Part shown: in pieces, positions 1 through 7,724 of the stretch
Position numbering within the stretch: position 1 is the stretch's first letter
Layout: each line of letters begins with the position of its first letter
Assembly (NCBI GenBank): GCA_964589485.1
Contig: CAZPRK010000006.1
Span: 50,195-70,194 of the forward strand
Reading direction: 5' to 3'
Origin: an uncultured Methanosarcinales archaeon
GTDB lineage: Archaea; Nanobdellota; Nanobdellia; Woesearchaeales; CAYSVS01
DNA length: 20,000 bases
The notes under the pieces: model-generated
What the model was told of the DNA's origin: nothing
Databases searched by the model: none
The model's input: only the letters and a program-made list of their open reading frames with translations
Made by a program: the position numbers and the translations under genes

Positions 1-294
1 TTTTTTGAAATAATCTCCAAAACTCCAATTTCCAAGCATAAGAAAGAAAGTATGATGTGTAGTGTCACCAACTTCATCAATGTCACCAGTTCTAATACAT
101 TTTTGAACATTAACTATTCTTTTTCCTTTTGAATGTTTTTGTCCTAATAAATAGGGAACTAAAGGATGCATTCCTGCAGTTGTGAACAAAACTGTAGGAT
201 CATGTTCAGGAATTAAAGGAGCACTAGGTATTTCTTTGTGATCTTTACTTTTAAAGAATTCAATATATTTTTTAATTAATTCTTGAGCGTTCAT
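1..294 (-). CDS. alaS: Alanyl-tRNA synthetase, N-terminal part (continues beyond the left window edge)
   Basis: Not in the ORF track. Manual translation from ATG at 294: [98 protein letters not shown]. It contains the AlaRS motifs FTxAGM, QKCIR and [18 protein letters not shown]. Confidence 0.97.
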   Translation of the reverse strand, partial: MNAQELIKKYIEFFKSKDHKEIPSAPLIPEHDPTVLFTTAGMHPLVPYLLGQKHSKGKRIVNVQKCIRTGDIDEVGDTTHHTFFLMLGNWSFGDYFKK

Positions 295-314
295 AAGAAA
301 AGTTAAATATAGGG

Positions 315-322
315 TATTTAAA
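315..322 (-). promoter_or_regulatory. Putative TATA box (TTTAAATA) for leaderless alaS
   Basis: TTTAAATA on the minus strand, 21-28 nt upstream of the ATG; no SD motif visible. Confidence 0.5.
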
Positions 323-339
323 AGGTTTTTGGTGGGATT

Positions 340-747
340 CTAAAAAACTCGGTTAGGTCTAAATTTATCTAACTTCTTTAACCATAACAAACCAATTTTA
401 ATCATTAGTTTATTGAACCTTTCACTTAATTTATAACTTCTTTTGTACATGTCATAGTCAATTAAACCCATTGATTTCATCGGAGTTAATATTCTATCGT
501 AGAATTGTCTTTTATTATAACTTATTTTAATTTTTTTTCCAATAAAAGGTTCTTTATTTATTTCAGTAACATAATTACCTTCATGTAACTTTGTTGCAAA
601 TTCACTCATTTCAGTTTTAGTAATTTCACCATCGTTTTCTTTTATGAATTCAATTAATAAACTACCAACTAATTCTTGTTGTTCTGTAGCAAAAACTATT
701 TTAAATATATCTTCAGGCATGTTAAATTGATCAAATAGGATTACCAT
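340..747 (-). CDS. Hypothetical protein, possible winged-helix fold
   Basis: 135-aa ORF with TTTATATA 26-33 nt upstream (773-780). The C-terminal segment QFYDRILTPMKSMGLIDYD...YKLS resembles a recognition helix plus wing. Confidence 0.75.
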   Translation of the reverse strand: MVILFDQFNMPEDIFKIVFATEQQELVGSLLIEFIKENDGEITKTEMSEFATKLHEGNYVTEINKEPFIGKKIKISYNKRQFYDRILTPMKSMGLIDYDMYKRSYKLSERFNKLMIKIGLLWLKKLDKFRPNRVF

Positions 748-841
748 ATTGAAAAAGTAAAAGCAAGAGTAGTATATAAATGTAACTCATTAGTATATTG
801 TAAGGGATTTATTTAAAAAAGAAGAATGTTTTACCTAACTT

Positions 842-1369
842 ATGAAAAAATATAAATTATCTAGTGCTGAAGTTGCATTTGATTTATTAGATACCTTTCA
901 GTATAAAGTAGCGAATTCTGATGATGTGTCTGCACAATTTAATTTTATGAATGGGGTTTCTTTAGTTTTGGAAAGAAGGATAGATGAAAATAAAACTACT
1001 TTTTCAAATGTTTCTGTTTATAATGTCTCTCATTATTTAGGAACCATTAGGCACATTACATTTCACGGATATATAACTAAATTCAAAACAGACTTTGACA
1101 AAGCTTCTTTGGAATTAGTGGGAAAGTATCTTAATTCTTTAAACATTCTAGGTGTTAAAATAATATCAAACACAGAATGGCTCAAAAAAGAAAGAGATTA
1201 TTTAAGAAAGTTAAATAATGCTAGGTATACAGTTTTGTACATTAATCAAGATTTAAACAAAAGAAGAAAAAAGTCAAAAGGAAGTGTTAAAAAATTAGAA
1301 AAGTTAGTTGAAGGAGAAACAATAAATGTTAAAGGAGTTGTGGAAAAACTTTTTTCCTTTCAGAGTTAA
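842..1369 (+). CDS. Hypothetical protein
   Basis: 175-aa ORF with an AT-rich TATA-like element at about 808-818. It overlaps the convergent TPR gene by 41 nt. No family recognised. Confidence 0.7.
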   Translation: MKKYKLSSAEVAFDLLDTFQYKVANSDDVSAQFNFMNGVSLVLERRIDENKTTFSNVSVYNVSHYLGTIRHITFHGYITKFKTDFDKASLELVGKYLNSLNILGVKIISNTEWLKKERDYLRKLNNARYTVLYINQDLNKRRKKSKGSVKKLEKLVEGETINVKGVVEKLFSFQS

Positions 1370-2204
1370 ATTCTCTTATTTTTTGTTTGTAATTAAAACC
1401 ATAATCTTTTGCTAAGCTTTTAAGTGTATTTAATAATTTTGAAGACATTGGATTACCTATCATTTCTATTAAAACTAGATTTGCCTGTGCATCAATAGTT
1501 CTGTCTATAACTTCACTATCATGAATATACATTATAGTATCATCTATTATTTCTATTTTTTTGTCAAGGTCTAAGTCTTTACTTTCTATAGTATACTTTA
1601 TTGATTTTTCAAAAGCCATATCTGCGACTTTATGTTTTTTTACTTCTGATAAATAATGTCCTAAAATATTATAATAATCTAAATCACTAATTGCTCCTTT
1701 AAGTTCAGGTAATATTGATTTAGCTTCTTTGTATTCATCTAAAGCTAAAAAATCAAAAAAATCTTCTATTTTATCAAAATAATTAGTTATTTTAATATCT
1801 TTTACTCCAAGAAAAAATAATCTATTTTTATAATTTGTAAAATCTTTTTTTTCTATGGCTAAAATCTCTGCCATTATAATAAGTGCTTCTATGTTTTTTG
1901 GTTCTAACTCTAATACTATTTTCATTTTTTCTTTACTTTTTTCAAAATCTCCGACATTGTATGCTAAAACTCCTAATTCAAATAATAATTCAGGATTTTT
2001 TGATTTAATTTTAATTAAACTAGAATATAATTTAGGATCTACATTTCCGCATGAGTACTGTAAGAATGCAAGTTGTACATAATACTCTGTCATATTTGTT
2101 TTGGTTGCTAAATAATGTCCAAGGTCTCTTGCTTTTTCAAAATCATTAACTTCTATTAACATATCTATTTGTTTCTGTACCTTCTTAACTTTTCTGTACT
2201 TCAC
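1329..2204 (-). CDS. Tetratricopeptide-repeat protein, last gene of the glm operon
   Basis: TPR-like segments, e.g. PELLFELGVLAYNVGDFEKSKEKMKIVLELEPKNIEALIIMAEI and YYNILGHYLSEVKKHKVADMAFEKSI. The GTG start overlaps the glmU stop (GTGA). Confidence 0.8.
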   Translation of the reverse strand: MKYRKVKKVQKQIDMLIEVNDFEKARDLGHYLATKTNMTEYYVQLAFLQYSCGNVDPKLYSSLIKIKSKNPELLFELGVLAYNVGDFEKSKEKMKIVLELEPKNIEALIIMAEILAIEKKDFTNYKNRLFFLGVKDIKITNYFDKIEDFFDFLALDEYKEAKSILPELKGAISDLDYYNILGHYLSEVKKHKVADMAFEKSIKYTIESKDLDLDKKIEIIDDTIMYIHDSEVIDRTIDAQANLVLIEMIGNPMSSKLLNTLKSLAKDYGFNYKQKIREFNSERKKVFPQLL

Positions 2205-3382
2205 TTAACATCTTTCCTCACAATTGCACCAGGTAATGTTATAGTTCCAGGCCAGAATTTTCTTCCAGGATATATGCTAGTGTGAATTCCAGTATGAACA
2301 TTTTCAGCAACTATAGTTCCGAATTTTCTTCTATCTGAGTCAAGTAATTTATCTCTTATTTCTGTAAAAACATTTGCATTATCATGTCTTAGGTTGGCTG
2401 TTATGGTTCCTGCTCCCATATTACTATTTTCACCTAATACTGAATCGCCAATATAAGATAAATGTCCAACATTTGTATTGTTCATAATAATAGAATTTTT
2501 TATTTCAACTGCGTTTCCTACTTTGCAATTATTTCCGATTGAAGTACTAGGTCTAATGTAACAATTAGGACCAATGTTACAATTTTCGCCAATAATAACT
2601 GGACCTTCAATGTAAACTCCATTTTTAATTATGGTTCCTTTTCCAATAATAACGTTTCCTTTTATTGTAACACTTTTTTCTACTTCACCTTGAATATTTT
2701 CATTAATTCTGTTAAGAAATTTTGTATTTGCATCTAATAAATGCCATGCGTAACCTATGCTAAGCCAATATTCACTAACTTCAATTGCTTGAATTTCATT
2801 TTCTTTAGATAATGATAATATTGCTTCCGTAATTTCATATTCGCCTCTTTCTGATTTTTGCATTTCAAAATTAAATATTTTTTTATCTAGAACATATAAT
2901 GCACAATTTACTAAATCACTTACAAATTCATTTGGTTTTTCAATTAAATCTTTAATTATGTTATTTTCGGTTATAAATACTCCGAACCTTTCAGGGTTTT
3001 TTACCTTTTGAACTAATACTGAATAATTATATTTAATACATTCTTTAATATCTTTCTTATGATATAAATCATCACCCATCATTAAAATAAATTTATTTTG
3101 AATTAAATCTTTACAAGAATTAACAGCATCACCAGTTCCTAATTGCTTAACTTGTTCTACATACTTTATTTTAATTCCTTTATATTCATTTCCAATAAAT
3201 TCAATTATTTCTTCTTTAAGAAACCCTACTACTATAATTGCTTCATCTACTATTCCTATTAATTGGTCTAAGTTATGTTCAATTAAAGTTTTATTTGCAA
3301 CTTTTAACAATACTTTTGGTTTATTGATAGTTAACGGTTCAGTTCTTGTTGATTTTCCTGCTGCTAATATTATTGCTTGCAT
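2201..3382 (-). CDS. glmU: Bifunctional sugar-1-phosphate nucleotidyltransferase/acetyltransferase (archaeal-type GlmU)
   Basis: N-terminal LAAGKSTR...PK nucleotidyltransferase motif, QLGTGDA and ERGEYEITEA. C-terminal hexapeptide beta-helix with GPNCYIRP, AVEIKNS, HLSYIGDS and GAGTITANLRHD. Lies directly downstream of glmS and glmM. Confidence 0.93.
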   Translation of the reverse strand: MQAIILAAGKSTRTEPLTINKPKVLLKVANKTLIEHNLDQLIGIVDEAIIVVGFLKEEIIEFIGNEYKGIKIKYVEQVKQLGTGDAVNSCKDLIQNKFILMMGDDLYHKKDIKECIKYNYSVLVQKVKNPERFGVFITENNIIKDLIEKPNEFVSDLVNCALYVLDKKIFNFEMQKSERGEYEITEAILSLSKENEIQAIEVSEYWLSIGYAWHLLDANTKFLNRINENIQGEVEKSVTIKGNVIIGKGTIIKNGVYIEGPVIIGENCNIGPNCYIRPSTSIGNNCKVGNAVEIKNSIIMNNTNVGHLSYIGDSVLGENSNMGAGTITANLRHDNANVFTEIRDKLLDSDRRKFGTIVAENVHTGIHTSIYPGRKFWPGTITLPGAIVRKDVK

Positions 3383-4707
3383 TAAACTCCAACCTCTTCT
3401 TTGATTGCGTTAACTATTTTATTTGCAAAACTTTCAATGTCACCTTCTCCTTCAATCATTACTCTAGCAACATTTTGAGTTCCAGAATACCTTACTATAA
3501 CTCTTCCATTTGCTCCTAAAGATTTTTCAACATCTGAAATTGCTTGTTTAGTAATTTCTAAATTATTTAATTCTTTTTTTTCCTTAACTTCTACATTTTT
3601 GATATATTGTGGAATTGTATTCATAACTTCAGCTAATTCAGATATTTTCTTTCCACTCTTTTTCATTATTTTTAATAATTGTAATGCGCTAATAATTCCA
3701 TCTCCTGTGGTCGCATAATCTAAAAAAATTAAATGTCCACTTTGTTCTCCACCAAAAATATATTTGTTTTTTCTCATTTCTTCGGTAACGTATCTGTCTC
3801 CTACTTGGGTTTGAATTAAGTTTATTCCGTTTTCTTGAAGACATTTTTTTAAACCTAAATTACTCATTATGGTAGAAACAACTGTATTATTTTTCAATAA
3901 CCCTTTTCTTTTTAATTCTAAGGCGGAAATTGCCATTATTTTATCTCCGTTAACTTCTTCTCCTTTTTCATCAACTACAATAACTCTGTCTGCGTCACCA
4001 TCTAACGCAATTCCGATATTGGCATTGTTTTTGATTACAGCATTACGAATTATATCTGGATGTTCACTTCCGCAATTAAGGTTAATATTTTCTCCATCAG
4101 GGTTATTGTTTAAAACAATAACTTCTGCTCCTAATTCTGAGAAAACTAAAGGAGCAATGTTATACGCTGCACCATTTGCACAATCTAATACTATTTTTAT
4201 TCCTTCAAGTGAATAATTTTTAATTGAACTTTTTGCAAATTCAATATATCTTCCACTTGCGTTTTTGATTCTAACTGCTTTACCAATTTTATTTAATTGT
4301 AAATCTTTTCCAAGAATTATTTCTTCTATTTGTTCTTCAATTTTATCATCTAATTTAAATCCATTTGAATCAAATATTTTTATTCCGTTATCTTCTGCAG
4401 GATTATGACTTGCACTAATAACAATTCCAGCATCTGCATTAAAACTTTTAGTTAAATGGGCAATTGCCGGAGTGGGCATAGGACCAACTAATATTGCTTT
4501 GCCTCCCATTGAAGTGACACCTGCAGTTATTGCATGTTCAAACATATATCCGCTTAATCTTGTATCTTTTCCAATAATTATTTTAGGATTTTGTTTATTT
4601 TTTAAAACTTCAACTACTGCTTGTCCTACTTTTGTTGCAACTTCTATATTCATAGGATAAACATTTGCTTTTCCTCTAATTCCATCTGTACCAAAAAGTT
4701 GTCTCAT
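3382..4707 (-). CDS. glmM: Phosphoglucosamine mutase
   Basis: FGTDGIRG, GKDTRLSG, SASHNP (catalytic phosphoserine), DGDADR (metal loop), GGEQSGH and RYSGTQ. Coupled to its neighbours by ATGA and TAATG overlaps. Confidence 0.97.
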   Translation of the reverse strand: MRQLFGTDGIRGKANVYPMNIEVATKVGQAVVEVLKNKQNPKIIIGKDTRLSGYMFEHAITAGVTSMGGKAILVGPMPTPAIAHLTKSFNADAGIVISASHNPAEDNGIKIFDSNGFKLDDKIEEQIEEIILGKDLQLNKIGKAVRIKNASGRYIEFAKSSIKNYSLEGIKIVLDCANGAAYNIAPLVFSELGAEVIVLNNNPDGENINLNCGSEHPDIIRNAVIKNNANIGIALDGDADRVIVVDEKGEEVNGDKIMAISALELKRKGLLKNNTVVSTIMSNLGLKKCLQENGINLIQTQVGDRYVTEEMRKNKYIFGGEQSGHLIFLDYATTGDGIISALQLLKIMKKSGKKISELAEVMNTIPQYIKNVEVKEKKELNNLEITKQAISDVEKSLGANGRVIVRYSGTQNVARVMIEGEGDIESFANKIVNAIKEEVGV

Positions 4708-6455
4708 TTTACAGTCACACTCTTTGCTAAATTTCTTGGCATGTCTGGATCACACCCTCTTTCTAATGCTAAATAATAACTTAATATTTGAAGTGGAATA
4801 ATCATAAGTATTGGATCTAAGTTTTCTGATTCTGGAATTTGTATAAAATAATCAAAAACTTCATTTTTTTCTGTACCAAACCCAATAATGTATCCTCCTC
4901 TTGCTTTAATTTCCATAGCGTTACTTAAAATTAATTCGTTTCTTTGATTATGAACAAATACTATAACTGGAATGTCTTGCTCAATTAATGCTATAGTTCC
5001 ATGTTTAAGTTCACCGCCAGCAAACCCTTCTGCGTGAATATAAGTTACTTCTTTAACCTTTAATGCAGCTTCTAATGCTGTCGGAAATAAAATTCCTCTT
5101 CCGATCATAAACATATCTTTAGAATCTTTGAGTTTTGTAGCTAATCCTTTTAGAGTAACTAGATTATCATCGATTAACTTTGGGATTTGATCTATTGCAT
5201 CGTTAATTGCATTTTTTCCTTCTTCTACTTGTCCATTTATTGCATATGCAAGTAAAGTAAATAATGCGATTTGACTAGTATAACTTTTTGTACTAAGAAC
5301 GCATATTTCTGGTCCTGCATTCATCATTAAACTATAATCTGATACTCTTGTTAAAGTTGAACCCATTACGTTAACTATGCTTATTACTTTTGCCTTGTTA
5401 ATGTTTGCAAAATTAACTGCATCAAGAAGATCTGCTGTTTCTCCGCTTTGACTTACTGCTATTATTATTGAGTCTTCATCTATAATGTTTTTAAATCTTC
5501 CAAATTCGCTAGCTAATGCAACGTGTGCATTTATATTTGCAATATCGCTAAATAAATATGCTGCAGAAAGACATGCATGATAACTAGTTCCGCATCCTAA
5601 TAAAAATATATTTTTTGCTTTTTTAAGATCGTTTGCAACTTTTAATATTAATTCTATATCTCTTTCTATTGCAAGTTTAACTGTTTCTTTTTGTTCATTA
5701 ATTTCTTTTAGCATAAAATGTGGGTATTCTCCTTTTTGGGCTTGATCGATGCTCCATTCAATTGTTTTTATTTCTTTTGTGATTTCTTTTCCGTCATTTA
5801 ATGAAAATAATTTATACTCTTCGTTTATATATCCGTATTCGTTATCATCTAAATAAATAACTTTATTTGTATGTTTTAGAAATGCTGGAACGTCACTTGC
5901 AAGAAAAACTTCATTTTTGCCGACACCTAATACTAAAGGACTACCTCTTCTTGCAAAATATAACTTGTTATCAAGTGTCATCATTACTATTGCAAAGCTA
6001 CCTTTAAGGAATTGTAATGTTTTTCTGAAAGCTTCTGCGATGCTATCTCCCTTTTGTACGTGATGTTCAATTAAAAGCGGTATTACTTCAGTGTCTGTAT
6101 CTGATTTTATACTTATTCCTTTTTGTTTTAATATATATCTTAATTCTTGAAAATTTTCTATGATTCCGTTATGAACAACTGCAATTTTTTTATCCATGCT
6201 AAGATGGGGGTGTGCATTTACTTTGGTAACTCCACCGTGAGTTGCCCATCTTGTATGTGCGATTGCAATATTTGATTCAGGTAAGTTTATATTATTTATT
6301 CCGCCAATTTTTCCAACATCTTTAATTAAATTAATTTGTTCAGTTTTATTGGCAATTCCAAAACTATCATAACCTCTGTACTCTAAACTCTTAATTCCTT
6401 CTAATACTATTGCATTAGCTTCTCTGTTTCCTATATATCCTATTATTCCGCACAT
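4704..6455 (-). CDS. glmS: Glutamine--fructose-6-phosphate transaminase (isomerizing)
   Basis: MCGI N-terminal nucleophile, LEYRGYDS, HTRWATHG, HNGIIEN, SQSGETAD, GELKHG and C-terminal PRNLAKSVTV. Confidence 0.98.
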   Translation of the reverse strand: MCGIIGYIGNREANAIVLEGIKSLEYRGYDSFGIANKTEQINLIKDVGKIGGINNINLPESNIAIAHTRWATHGGVTKVNAHPHLSMDKKIAVVHNGIIENFQELRYILKQKGISIKSDTDTEVIPLLIEHHVQKGDSIAEAFRKTLQFLKGSFAIVMMTLDNKLYFARRGSPLVLGVGKNEVFLASDVPAFLKHTNKVIYLDDNEYGYINEEYKLFSLNDGKEITKEIKTIEWSIDQAQKGEYPHFMLKEINEQKETVKLAIERDIELILKVANDLKKAKNIFLLGCGTSYHACLSAAYLFSDIANINAHVALASEFGRFKNIIDEDSIIIAVSQSGETADLLDAVNFANINKAKVISIVNVMGSTLTRVSDYSLMMNAGPEICVLSTKSYTSQIALFTLLAYAINGQVEEGKNAINDAIDQIPKLIDDNLVTLKGLATKLKDSKDMFMIGRGILFPTALEAALKVKEVTYIHAEGFAGGELKHGTIALIEQDIPVIVFVHNQRNELILSNAMEIKARGGYIIGFGTEKNEVFDYFIQIPESENLDPILMIIPLQILSYYLALERGCDPDMPRNLAKSVTVK

Positions 6456-6528
6456 TTTAAGTTGTTTGAAAAAAGAAAGGCTTATATATAAGTGTTACTA
6501 AAATATTTATAATACCTTTAAAAATAAA
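6456..6528. promoter_or_regulatory. Divergent promoter region between glmS and the HTH gene
   Basis: 73-bp intergenic region with the perfect palindrome CTTATATATAAG (6481-6492) 26-37 nt upstream of the glmS ATG. A second TATA-like element, TTTATAAT, is at 6506-6513. Confidence 0.6.
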
Positions 6529-7440
6529 ATGTTAGTGGTTGATCAAAGACAAAATGGGACTTATTCGGTTACTGCGAATGAAATTAAATTAAGTAGTTTG
6601 AAATCTTTATCAAGTAAACTTGCCAGGTTAATTTTAAGGCAAATAGCAATTAAGCCAATGTATCCTAAGGAATTGTCTAAAATCTTAAAAGAACATGAAC
6701 AAAAAATATACTACCATATAAGAAATTTGGAAAAATCAGGGTTAATACGGATATTAAAAAAAGAACAAATACAGGGTGGAAGTGCTAATATTTATTGTTT
6801 GAAAGAAGATGCTTTTATCTTTAAGTTTAAAGAATTAAAATTAACTCAAAAATTAACAAGTAAAAAGGTAAAAAATAAGTTTTTAGAACCTTTTATTGAG
6901 AATAATACCTTGAATGCATTAATTGTAGTAGGTTCACCTGATCCTCATGGACCAGAAAAGGCTAGATCTAGGGATGGTTATTATGGAATGGATTTAGCTT
7001 TGTTTCTTGGAACTCATTTGAATTATGTTCCTCAATTGAATGTTAAACTAGATACTGAAGTAAGGCAAGAGGATTTAGATAATAACTTAATTCTATTAGG
7101 TGGACCAGTAACAAATAAAATAACAGAAAAATTTAACGATACTTTGCCAATTAGGTTTGAGAATGGAAATATTAAAAGTACTATTTCTAATGTTATTTAT
7201 CATAATGATGAAAATGCTTTAATTGTGAAAACAGTTAATAAATTTAATAGGAGTAAAAGAATTTTAGTTATTGCTGGAAGAAAACATGCAGGGACAAGAG
7301 CAGCTATAATAGGTTTCTTAAAAAAGTTTGATCAAATATGTTTAGGTAATAAATATAATGATAAAATTAATTCTAAAGTAGTTGAAGGAATTGATATGAA
7401 TAGCGATGGGATAGTTGACGAAGTTGAGTTTTTGGAGTAG
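6529..7440 (+). CDS. Putative transcriptional regulator: ArsR-like wHTH fused to an S-layer-like alpha/beta domain
   Basis: N-terminal LSSKLARLILRQIAIKPMYPKELSKILKEHEQKIYYHIRNLEKSGLI is an ArsR-type HTH. The C-terminal half has IVVGS, LDTEV and NLILLGGPVTNKIT motifs like the N/C-terminal domains of Methanococcales-type S-layer proteins. Confidence 0.8.
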   Translation: MLVVDQRQNGTYSVTANEIKLSSLKSLSSKLARLILRQIAIKPMYPKELSKILKEHEQKIYYHIRNLEKSGLIRILKKEQIQGGSANIYCLKEDAFIFKFKELKLTQKLTSKKVKNKFLEPFIENNTLNALIVVGSPDPHGPEKARSRDGYYGMDLALFLGTHLNYVPQLNVKLDTEVRQEDLDNNLILLGGPVTNKITEKFNDTLPIRFENGNIKSTISNVIYHNDENALIVKTVNKFNRSKRILVIAGRKHAGTRAAIIGFLKKFDQICLGNKYNDKINSKVVEGIDMNSDGIVDEVEFLE

Positions 7441-7444
7441 GTTA

Positions 7445-7720
7445 CTATAAACTATCGATAGCCCTATCAAAATAATATCTTGCTTCTTGAAAATTTTCAT
7501 CTGTAATTGATTGAAAATTAATTTCAAATCGATGTGGTAATAAACTATGTCTATATAATAATTCAAAATCCAATCCAAAATATCCACTATAATTAAAACG
7601 GCTTTTAACGTCTAGTTGAGGTATTACTTTATCTATAATATTTTTAATTTGCGATAAAGGACCAGATACATTAATATTACGCTCTTCAGGTATAACTTCA
7701 TAAGATAAATCATTGAACAT
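7445..7720 (-). CDS. Small hypothetical protein downstream of ABCE1
   Basis: 91-aa ORF starting 4 nt after the ABCE1 stop. The end of ABCE1 (GGGTGA) doubles as an archaeal SD motif. Confidence 0.65.
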   Translation of the reverse strand: MFNDLSYEVIPEERNINVSGPLSQIKNIIDKVIPQLDVKSRFNYSGYFGLDFELLYRHSLLPHRFEINFQSITDENFQEARYYFDRAIDSL

Positions 7721-7724
7721 TTAA

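Noticed and set aside
1855..4660. Plus-strand ORFs 1855-2082, 3869-4216 and 4472-4660
   Set aside because: Antisense shadows of the TPR gene and glmM, with no recognisable motifs.
6456..6528. glmS ribozyme or riboswitch
   Set aside because: Only 73 AT-rich bp, with the TATA about 26 nt from the ATG. The mRNA is essentially leaderless, leaving no room for a structured RNA.
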